Shown: in pieces, positions 42,201-54,200 of the stretch
Layout: each line of letters opens with the position of its first letter
Position numbering within the stretch: the first letter of the stretch is position 1
Assembly: GCA_030650425.1 (NCBI GenBank)
Contig: JAUSED010000005.1
Coordinates: forward strand, 78,932-142,931
Length of the DNA: 64,000 bases
Source: Candidatus Omnitrophota bacterium
GTDB taxonomy: Bacteria; Omnitrophota; Gorgyraeia; Gygaellales; Profunditerraquicolaceae
Direction of reading: 5' to 3'
Translations under genes and position numbers: made by a program
The notes under the pieces: generated by a model
Seen by the model: the letters and a program-made list of their open reading frames with translations, nothing else
What the model was told of the DNA's origin: nothing
Databases searched by the model: none

Positions 42201-45200
42201 GAACTGGATAGATGTTTAAAGGAATTGCGAAGCGAAGAAGAAATCTTCTATCATCACCCAGAAGGCTATATTCCGGCAAAGATTGACAGGCTTTTGGCTA
42301 TGTATATAAGCGATAAAGATATGATTGGCGCGTTGGAAAGGAAAATAGTATTTTTGAAGAATAATGGTTATAAACTCAATGTTTTTGCGCACGCGGCTCT
42401 TTACCTTTATTATTTAGAAACCGGAAGATATTCTAAAGCAAATATACAAGCTAAGATAGTTGGCAATCCAAAAATCATTTCTGCGCTGTTTGTTGATATG
42501 GCAGACATTTTTTATCACGCGAAGAAATACCGGCAACAAAAGGAATGCCTGGAAGAGGCATTTAGATTGTGGCTTTTAGAGAAAAGGTTAATAGAAGAAC
42601 AAGATTATTCTTCGGTTGGTTTGCGCATGATAAAAGCAGAGCGGCTTTCCATGGAGCATAAAAAGCGTATATTATTTTTCTTGGAGGAATTAGCAGTTGT
42701 AAGCGGGCAATTGTTAAATGATAAAACAGCCTATGATTTATACTCTCCTTTAATCAGGCATTTTGAGTCCAGCAGTCCGTTGGGAGAAAATGACGAAAAA
42801 AAGTCCGGCAATAATTTAGCCAAAAACGGTCTCTCCGCCTCGCCACTGGCGCCACAGGAGCGCCTTGCCATCCTTTTCAATGCTAATACAGGGCTTAAAA
42901 ATATTCTGGAGATTTATTTCCGCCTTACAATTAATATCGATTTAGAGGCAATGGGAAAGATGATATATAACTTTATAGTTATTGACTATGAGCCTAAAAA
43001 TGAAGAGTTCGATAAGATTGATGCTTTAAGCGATGAAGAGAAGATAGAGTTGCTTAAGGAAAGACTAGTAGATAAAAATACTATGCGGGGGATAATCTAC
43101 GAAAATGAATCCATTCCAATCTTAGAGCAAATGCTATTTATTGATGAGCCTAGTAATGTAGCATTCCGCGCAACGCGGCATATATGCGATAAATTTATTG
43201 CAGAATTTATAGAATACCAAGAATTTGAAGATTTCGCTAAAGAGGTTTTAGATAAAATGCCAGATTTTCGCAAGGAGAGAGTCTTTGAATGGGGAGTTGT
43301 TTATCTATTGCTTTGGGCTGCGAAAATAATATATGAAAGACAGCATCTTCCGCAAAAAAACTCCTCTTCCGCTCAAGGCGCCGCTTCGCCGGTGGAAAGC
43401 ATAGCTACGTTAGAGAGGATTCTTAACGAAGGGTTTAAGGGCCCGGCAGCTCAGTTAGAGGCCTTTGGCCCGCAAAGCGATGATTTTGGATTTTTCCACG
43501 AACAAGGCAGGGCCGCGATATTATTAAGCTTGCTTAAAGCTGCCTTTCCCCGGATGAAACAAGATTTAAATTATATCATTACAAGCAAATGCAATTTGCA
43601 GTGCGCTCCTTGCATCGCGCAGTTGATTATGCAGAAAAACTCCAATGAGGATTTTTCTGAAGAGGTATTTAAAAAGAATATCTTAGAATTAAAAGGTTTT
43701 GAGAATATTTGGTTTGTAGGAGGGGAGCCATCTTTGTATGGCAAAAAGCCAGATGAAAAGGTTAGCGAACGCTTTATCAGGCTGGTAAATTTTGCCGCGA
43801 GCTTAGTCAAGAATGTTTTTATTGATACCAATGGCACTTTTATTATTGGGCTTAGCGATGAAGAATTAGAAGTATTATTTTTACGCTTTAGGAGAAATGT
43901 AACCTTTGTGCTGTCTGTGGATGAGTTTCATGAAGAGCAAATAAGGAGAAGATATGGGGTAGAGTTGAAGGAGATGATTGATAGGTTTAAGTCGTTTAAA
44001 GACAAAGGAATCATTAGCCTAGAATATAATATCAGGCTTGCCGGGAAAGAATTTAGGCATATAGAACAAGGGAAAATTTTGAGGCATTTTGGATTAGAAG
44101 AAGAATACAGGAATTCGAGAGAAGGCCTTTTTATTAACCAGCTGCAGGCGCAGGGAGGCGCTTTCACAACGTCTGATGTAAAAGCTATCCCAATTAAACT
44201 TGCTAATTTCATAAGGCACCAAGAAGAGCCAGAAGCCTTATTTTTGTTTATAGCTCTTGACGGCAGGTTAGTTGTCAGCGACCACGCAACATTTATCCCG
44301 TTCGATATAGAAGAGTCAGCTTTAGGCAATGTCTTTGAAAAAGAGCTTTCAGCTGTACTGTTTGAATACATTCGGCAATTATTGCGTTATAGGCCTAAAG
44401 AATATGAGCAAGGCCTGAAGTTGCTTAAGGCAATATGGGAATACCCTGAAGGAGAAAAAGAAATTAAGCAGTTTCGCCGGAAATTCTATGAACTTTCGCG
44501 GATTATTGTAGGATCCGTTTATGAAAAAATAAACGCAAGGCCTAAAAAAAGCTTGGCAGAAAAAATGATTGAGGTAGTAAAAAAATCCCGCGGGACAACG
44601 ATATGGTCTGTTAATGAGAAGGAGCAGATAAAGGAATTTATTGAAAAATATGATGAATCTCTTATTTTGGAGTCTATTCCTTCTTTGGCAAGGGAATTCC
44701 TGGATTTTATGCTTACTTATCAAAAAATTCCAGTATCCCAACCTTTACTGCTGATTAAGGCTAACGGATTATTGGGCTTTGGTTATGGGGTTTCGCGTGT
44801 CAATGATGTTAAGTATTTATTATTTGAGCGTTTAGACCGAGTGATTAAGACTTCGTTAAACTGGCTTCACGATACATTCCCCTATAAAAGATGGGATGAC
44901 CTAATCTGGTTATTTTATTATTATGCGTATTCATATCTTAAGAATACTGATTCTAACGAGGCATGGATTAAGTACTTGCGTCTCTGTTTGGGGGAAGAAT
45001 TAAAGGAGTTGCAAGATAAATGCTACAAGGGCGATACTGATTTTGATGTATTGGTAAGGCAGATTTTGTCCCCTGACAGCGTTATTAAATGTATCCACAG
45101 GCTGGATTTAAGAGATACAAATAATCCCCGCGGGGTTCTTATAGAAGAGTTTAAGGGAAAATATAAAGATGCGGGGATCGAAAAGTTACTGGGCATTTGT

Positions 45201-48200
45201 ATACAAATTATTCGCGGAGATCCTAATTGGAATCAGGTAGGTTATGCCGCAGAGAATGTTATCCTTTTACTTGAAAGCCCGTATGTTTTAGGACGTTTGT
45301 TTAAGGAGGCAGACTACTCTTCTTTAAGGGATGTTTTGTTTAAAATGAATATCCGTAAAGTAGCAGACAGGGCATTTGAGATATTAAGAGAATATAGAGA
45401 GCCTCCTGATTATCGTGATAATATAGCATTTATAATCCAACAAATTGGCGGCAAAAGAGCCGCGCGCAAATTAGCGAATATTTTTAATGAACGGGATATG
45501 TCTTGGCAGGTGAAAATATTGGATATGGTAGGGACAATGGTAAATATTTCAGAAGCAAAAGACAAGAGAGATGAAAGCAAAATAGCTTTGCAATTATTCA
45601 AAAAGGCCGTAAGAAATTTTAACCCCGAAATAGTAAATGAGGCGGTTTGCGGTTTAAGGAATTTAGTCAGCGAACGTCCTCTTCCTGCTAAAGATGTAAG
45701 AGACGCGGTTAAACTGCTTACAAATCTTAGAGAAGATATATTTAAGTTTTGGGATAAGGATACGCTAAAAAATGAACCTGTTAGTCTTGCCTTGCTGTTT
45801 ATTGAGAAGATGGTTGCCCTTGTTAAAGATATAGGGAGAGAGGCAACGATCAAGCGGTTAGAAGAATTAGAATTCAACAGGTTTGTTTTAGAGGATATCC
45901 AGAAACTTTTAGAAACCCACAAGGATGAAGATATTGTAGTTTATCTGCCTGATGGGCGCGATTTTATCTGGGAAAGGGAAACATTAGTTACAAAGGATGG
46001 AGAATTATTGCAGTCCTTTCGCGCCTCCTCGCCGCTGAGCAATGTTAATCAACCCGCAAATGGCGTGAATAATACCGAGGAGTTTTTGGCAAAATATAAA
46101 TATGCGGACGTTTTTGAAGGCCGGCGTATTCGGTTTAGGGCTAAATTTCTGCAGAGGCATGTAGTGCCGGACAGTATTTCGCTTCACATTGGTAATGTAA
46201 CAGTCGCCTCGCCGATTTCGGGAGAAATAGAAAGATTTAAAGAAATCCCTTTATCCAGGCTCTCTGATAAATCAGAGATTAGGGTATTAGTTATCCCGGA
46301 TATACATTGTCAATATGCTAAATTTGAGGACTTGCTCGAAGAGGCAGGTTTTATTGATCCGGATAAGAATTGGATCGCGGGTAATAGGCAATTAATTCAG
46401 ATTGGCGATGTGATCAGCCGCGGCCCGGAAGAAGGGGCCAGAAAATCTTGGGAGCTGTTGGATAAATTACAAGAAGAGGCGCCCCAACGCAGCGGAAGGG
46501 TTACAAGATTATTGGGCAGCCATGAATTATTGCATCTTCTTAGGGTAGGAATCGTTATAAGGAAAGACCCTGTGTGGATAAAAAAGATTAAAGGCGGTAT
46601 CGAGGAGAACAAAATTTGCGCTGCCTGCCGGGTTAACGGAAAGATAGTTGTTCATGCCGGAGTTGTTCCCGAATTATCATTGGGTAAGAAGGTTAATGAA
46701 TTAGAGGAGGAATTTAATAGTTTGTTATTGGAAGCGCTCAAACGCGATTCGTTTAAACATCCTATTTTCGGAATGGGAGAATATTCTTTTGGTTTTCAGC
46801 CGTATCCGGGTATATTTCAGGCGGATTTTGATTTAACGCTAAAATTCCATGCCGATAAAGTTATTCCGCAAATAGTGGGGCATAGCCCGGATTTAAAGAA
46901 TAAATCTATTCGAAGGGAAGGCGACATAATCAATATAGATGTCGCAATGTATAGAGGCGGAAAAGACGCGTTGGCTATTTTGTCTCTCGATTCGTCTTAT
47001 ATATCCTCTTCCGCGGTAACATTTATGCCTTATCCTATACCGTCTAATACCTCTATAGGCAGGCTGGAATTATTTGAGGATTGCCTTATTAAAGGTTGCC
47101 TTTCAGGTAAATCCTCCGAAATAATGAAGTTTATTGACTTGGGGATAGGAATGATGATCAATAAAGAAGGTATCCCTTCGCCAGCTACGACTTTAGAGTT
47201 AGCCGAGAGAATGCCTGAAGCTAAGGTCTATGGCATAGATAAAATAATACCAAAGATAGCCATTAAAACGGATAACTATTGGGCAATCTTCGATCAAAAA
47301 GGAAGGCTAAGGGTGATGGAGAAAGATGAAGAAGAATATAGCGGGGGTTATAACTTAATAGATATATCAAACCCGGATGAAGAGGTTATAAGCGAAATTC
47401 AAGGAATATACAATAAAGCAAGGCGGATAAATCCAAGTAATACGCCTAAACGCCTTAAGATATCCTTTAACGAGGTTATATACCGTCCGTTTGAACTCTT
47501 AGATAAAAACTCAAAGATTATATTCAAAGAGGCAGAATTTAACGAGCTTGAAAACATTTTTGCGGGAGTTAAATTTGATACTGGCAGGATATTTAATGTA
47601 AATCCGCATTATCCAGCGGATGAAGCTATGGAAAACCTGTTAAACATAACTAAGATTTTGAGAGAAAACAGTTGGCTTGTTGAGGGAAGTGTTTTTAGCG
47701 GCGCTTTCCTGAATTTTGCCGTTTATGATCTTAAAAAAGGTTATTTGGGCTTAAAGAGTATGTGCATATCTGAAAAATATCTTAATTTATCCAAAGAGCC
47801 ATCTTTTAATTCTACCCTGCCATCAGCCTTAAAGTTAGAACAGGCGCGGCCATTCCTTAATAACCTTACAGAAATTTACCAACAGGCTCCCCGTCGGCAA
47901 TTGATAATAGAGGAATTTAAAAGAAGGGGTTATTCGATGGTCAGGCCCTGCGGGCTTAGGGAAAATATTATTAAGTTTGATTTTGACCACGAATTTAAAA
48001 TAGGCGCCGCCTCGCCCATAACTGCCGCAGGGATAATTAACCTATTCCTTTCCTCATCTCCGGTTTCTGAATTGAGGCAGTATCTTGAAAATAATAAGAA
48101 TCCAATGGTAGGGAAATTTTTGAGTTGGATAGATAATCGGGGAGAATCACAAATTAATACAATATGGGAGAGCCAGCGCCGATTAGCTGAAGAAATAGGG

Positions 48201-51200
48201 ATATCAGAAATGACTATTTCTAATTACCTGCGCAGGATTCAGGCATTATTGCAGTTAGAAAAAAAGCCGCTCATTAAGATAGAACTAAAAATAAAGAGAA
48301 GGACAATAGCGGATCAGATAGAGGAATGGGCTTTAAATAGGGAGCCCAGCCAAAAACTCAAAGAATGGGGAATAAAAGAATTAGCTGCCTTGTTTGGAAA
48401 AACTCCCCACAGCATAAGGCAGGCGCTTCCCGCGATTAATAAAAGATTAACTGAACGAAACGAAGAGGAAGTAAGAGCAAATAAAAAAGAAGAGTCAGCT
48501 GAAGGCTATAAAAAAATAGCCCCAGCAGATGGCTTAGAGTTGTTTATACGAGAGGTTTTTAGGAAGATGGGTAAAGATGAGCAGCGGGTCTTTAATTACG
48601 ACTTTGAGGGTGGTAATGATATATTTAAGGGAACAGGATTAACCCTGAAGCGAGTTGAGTCATTAATAAGAAGCAGTGTTGTCAAGATTTGTAATGCGTT
48701 TGGAACGCAAGACGAAAAGGCAGCTTATGAAAGATATCTGGATTTCAAGAAGCAATTGAATGCAAGCCACAATAAAGAAAGCTTAATAGAAGAATTTAGG
48801 GTTGGTGAGAGCGTTGAGAAAGAGGCAGAGGAAAGAGATGTAGATGATTCTGAAGCATATTCTCAGGTTCAAGATAATTCCATTGATGTAGAGAACCAAG
48901 AGGCCGCCAAGCATATAAAACGCCCATCCTCCTCGCCGATTCATAACAGTGAGCAAAACCCAGAGGAAGGCTTAAGGCGGATCTCTGGAAAGGCAGAGTT
49001 TACAGAAAAGATAAAACCATATCTTGAGGTGGGGGCAATGTATATTTTGTTTATAGCGGCTTGGATAGTTTTTGGCATTATAGGAAAAGTGCTGGATATT
49101 ATTAAGCCGTTTCTATCTAAGTTAATAGGATTCTTACAGCAAAAAACTTCAAGCAGAAGGAAAGATTCTAAGATACATAAACATATGGGAAAAGGGGATA
49201 TTTCTAAGTTAGGGAAAGAAAATGGTGCCGCTTCGCCGCTGACGCGAAATATAGAAAGAGCCAACGCAATATTTAACAGAGTTCTTGAGGCAGCCAGTAG
49301 GAATTCAAAAAGAAAGTATGCTATTAAGCTCTTCATTAAAGAAATAGACGCATACGGTAGGGCTTCTTTAAGCGGCAATTATATTACAATAAATCCAAAC
49401 CAGTTAGGTAATCCAGATTTTGAATTAGCTAAATTAATGGGCCATGAGATTACCCATATAACCTTGGGGCATATTTGGATTGTACGCATTGGATTCAGGG
49501 TCACAACCGCATTATTTTCAATCCTGTTTGCCGCAATGATAAGCGGGATTATTACTGAATTTGACGCGCTTCTTATTGCCGTGGTATTTTTAGGTACGGT
49601 GTTGATGTGTTACTTGGTTACTCAAAGCGAAGCCGATAAGAAAGGTAAGCAATATGCGATATTAGCCGGATTTGGAAATGATACAAAACCTTCGGCTTCT
49701 AAAAAAGCCAGTCATTCCGGCTCGCCGGTAGAAATCATTAGATATGATGAAGTCGATAAGAATGGGGTATTATTTAACCGTTTTCGGTTAATCTATGGAA
49801 CTAATAACCAGCCGCAAAAGCGAATTGTAGAGGTAAGGCAAAAAGGTTTTGAGCCGGTATCTATGTTGAATTATACCTCGCGTAAGATTCACGATACATT
49901 CCCATATGCAGCTGAAGGGCTCTCTCAAGAATTTAGCTGGCATGGCGAAAAAATGCTGGGTGATATGCCGCATACTACCACTCAAAGCGCGCTGTTAGCT
50001 TTAGAGAGGATTAATATTACAGGGAAAACCGTGATTGACGCTGGAACCGGTGATGGAGTATTAGCTATTATGATGGCAAAGCAAAAAAGTGAAGTTAAAG
50101 CTGCGGATTTTCCTTGGATGTTAGAGTTAGCCAAGGAGAACGCAAGATTAAATGGCGTCTATGATTCTATAGAATTTATCGCAGCTACTTTTCAAGATTT
50201 TGGACGAAATTACACAGGGCCGGTAGATATTTTGGTAACTAACATTGGGCGCATGGGAAGTTATCAGAGATACGAGTCTCTATCTAATTTATTCAAGCGA
50301 GCGCAAATTATTATTTTGGCCGGCAGTGAAATGAGGCCTTATGCTCCGTATGCGGATGTTAATCATCCATTTCATCCCTACGACGGGTATCCCTTCTTTA
50401 AAGGAGATAAGTTTATTCCTCTACTCAAAGTAATAGTCAGAACAAAATATTCAAGCGCTGAATGGGCGGCATTGGTTCTTGCCGCCGCCTCGCCGGTCAG
50501 TCAGTTAAATCAGAAAGGCTTAAATTGGAAAGAATTTTTAGGCAGGGTAAAAGAAGCGCGGGTGATTTTGGTAAAAAATGATCTTCATTCTCCCTCAGGC
50601 GAAGCTCCTTGGATATTATCACCAACTGAGCAAGATAAAAAGGTATTCGCAGGAAATTACAACAAAGTTACAGAATTATTAAGGAACCTTCGTATCCTCG
50701 AAGCCCTTGAATTAGATACACCGGATCCGCACAACGATGTATTAGATGATGAAGGGTTTTTAAAGCTGATTGGGGCATTTATGGCTGGCGCCTCTAGCCC
50801 ATTGCGAAACAAACCCGCCGCCTCGGCCGCAGGTATTCCTAATAAAATAATAACCAGAAAGAGATTCGAAGATTGCCTAAGAATAAAGAATTGGGTTAAT
50901 CTTAAAGGCGGGTATAAGAAAGTTTGGTATCCGGGTTCCGGTTCTGATGTGGCGTTGGCCCTGTATGCTACTAATGGAGATGAATTTACCCTTACAAATT
51001 ATACACTCTTTGGAGAAGCGGATGATTTTAGCAACTTTGAGGGTTGGGAGAGGGAATATCATTATCATTTAAGATGCACCCACAGTTGGCTTAGCGTTAA
51101 TTACTATAGATGGAATAGTATAAGCGCGCAGATTTTCTCTGAATTAGAAGCGATAGGGGTAAATTTTGATGATGTATTAAAGACAAGGATTAATCCTGCG

Positions 51201-54200
51201 AGATTTAGACTGGAATTTGATTGGCAGCATCCTTCTGAGAAGATAGCCAAAACAAGGATTATTGACTATATAACTCCGGGCTGCGACTTTTATACTCCGG
51301 AAAACAAGGCAGATATCATAATTATCAAGGCGTTAGATCAATTTCACATTAACCCGCAGGACATGCTTTCTTTCTTAAATCAAAATGGATTTATAGTTAG
51401 CGATATTTATCTGGAGATCCTAGGAATCAGGCCCGTTGCCTTGAAGCTCAGCCATAAATTTGGATACGCCCATAACTTGCCATTCGGAGAATTAGTTGGA
51501 TTAACTACGGGTACGGATGTATTTTTATACAGGAAAATTTCCGCAGCCACTATTTTTAATGGCCCCTCGCGGATAAGTTCACCTATTAATCGCCAAGGGC
51601 AGGCCCCTCAAGATGAAGGCCTTAATAAACAGATTGAGGCGTTAATCAAGATAGTAGGGACAGGGGACGTCAGGGCATCTATTAAGTTATTCGAGATAGC
51701 AGAAGCAGGAAATTTAGGCCGTGGCTTTGTTACTGAGATTTTTGCCCTTCTGAAAGACGAACGTAGGTCTGCGCGAACCGATGCCGCGGTAGTGCTGCAG
51801 GTTGCAGCCTGCAAAGACATTGAAACAATGCTTGAACTTATTGAGCGGACAATAAATGACGAATCGTTAGCGGATGAACGCTACGATACGCATGGCCGTA
51901 TGACTTGGCCTCAGCGCCTTACCGTAAACATCATTAATGAAAGAAAAGGCCAATACATTTTGGAATCTTTAGAATCATTAAGAGGTAATTCTTTACAAAA
52001 GGATATGGTTATAGATTTTATCTTGGATTATGGCAAGTATATAAACGGCTTCTTTAACTTTGCGATCTTGCTCCTCGATAATAAATTATTAAATGATAAA
52101 CAAATCAACAAGATTATCTATGATGTATTTGGCGCGCCTGTTTCACTAAGTAGAATTCGTAAGGCAGCCATTTTTAGTCAACCTCAAGAAATTCTTCCGA
52201 AAGAATTAGGCCTAAAGATACAGACAGATTCTAAAGTAATTATCCTGTCCGGATGCAATTATCCGTTACTAAGGACAGAGGCTCTGATAGAGGATTTAAG
52301 ACACACATACCACTTCGACAGCCGGGTTTCATTTACGGAATGGCCCGTAGAGGAAACGCCCTTTGGCTACGCATTGGATGCCTATAACTTTTTGAAAGAG
52401 CGCTCTCAAGAAATACCTTCGCTTGGAAAGATGCTGAGAGCGATGGAAAGTCGCTCAGGAGAGATTATCGAGGCTTATAAAGAGGAGCTTTATAAGCCAT
52501 ATCCGAATTGGTATTATCTATTAAAAGAGCTCAATGAGATTATGCATCAGGTCCCTTATGACGCAAAATTACTTTTAGGCATCCTTGATTCTTATGCGAG
52601 AGAGATTTTCCATGAAGCTAATTGGATTAAAACATCGCAAGAGAGCATTCCCGGCACCTATATTATATCTTTATATGGAGGGTTATCTGCGCATGACACA
52701 CCTTGGATTTGCGCGGGAGAGGATTTATCAAGCCTTTTAGGCCGGATATTAAAGGAAAATCAGATTGATTGGCGCGCGGAAGAAGACAAGAGCTTAGCAG
52801 GCCTTAGAAACTATGCATACATTGTATTGCCGCTTTCATTAGTAGGCAGCGGTAACGAGGATTTACTGAAGGCCATAATCGGCATATACTTTTTACCAGA
52901 GATCGGTTCTCTTCGCAAGCCAATGCATTCGCTAAACTTAGAGTATGTGATTTCCCACACTGATTCCTCCAGAAGATTTAGCATCGATTTAAAGAAAATC
53001 ATAGATTCTTTACTAAGTACCTTTCCCAAGAACCTTTCTTCGCCGATTACTCTTGCCTGCGGTAAACCGTTGCAGCTAAATCCCGCCGCCTCGCCGCTGG
53101 CTGATAAAAAAAATCAAGATGAATTCAGGATGTTTGAATTTATGGATTTGTTAAGCCAGGATTTAAATCAACATTCCGCTGAGTTAGAGAAAAATAGCCC
53201 TAAGGTTGCGGTGTTTTGTTCTGCCAGGATTAATTCCGGAAAATATTGGGAACTGGCAAAGGCCTTAGGGGCTTCGCTAGAATCTTCCGGTTATACTATA
53301 ATTACCGGAGCTGGCCCGGGTTTGATGGAGGCGGTTGGCGAGGGCGCAGGCCAAACTATTGGGCTGAATATTAATATGCCGAATAAACAAATTCCTAATT
53401 TTTACGTAAAGGAGTGTTTAGAATTTCACAATTTCTCAATAAGAAAGGCTATATTTATCAAATACGCTGATGCCTTTGTAATCATTCCCGGAGGATTAGG
53501 AACTTTAGATGAGCTTCTTGAGGCCTTAACCTTAAAAGACAGGGGATATATCGATGCCCCAATCATTTTATTAGATAAAGGATTTTATTCAGGTTTATTT
53601 GAATTTCTAGAGGGAGTCGAACAGGCTGGTTTTTTGAGAAAGCCCCTTAAAGAATTATGCGTCCTTGTTGATTCTGTAGATGAAGTTTTGCGATATCTTA
53701 AACTAAATAAGGCGCCTCTCAAGCAGGGGAAAAATAATATAGATATTAAACAGGTTTTGGATAATCTCAAGGAGTCATTGGCCGAACTGCAAGGCATAGA
53801 ATCAGCGGTTGGTATTCTGGGCTCGCATTCGTTTGGGAAAGACTCTTCCTCTTATAGGCAGGCATATAATTTAGCCAGGGGTTTTTCCAGAGGTGGCAGA
53901 AAAATACTTTATAGGGGCTGTCAGGGGATTACCGAAGCAGTTGACAAGGCCATTGAAGCAGAAAAAGGCGTGGGTATATCTTTTTGGGTCCCGGATTATG
54001 AAAAAATTCAGCCGGTTATAGGTAAACGATTGGTTTCTCTGCACAGGTTCGCGCAGAAGATTCTTTTGATAACGCATAGCAGGCTTGGGCTTATTTTCTT
54101 TGCCGGAGGAATTGGCACGCTCGATATATTATCCGATGCTTTATGTTTGATTCAAAATAAAAAGATACAGGCAATGCCTATTGTATTAGTGAATAGAGAG

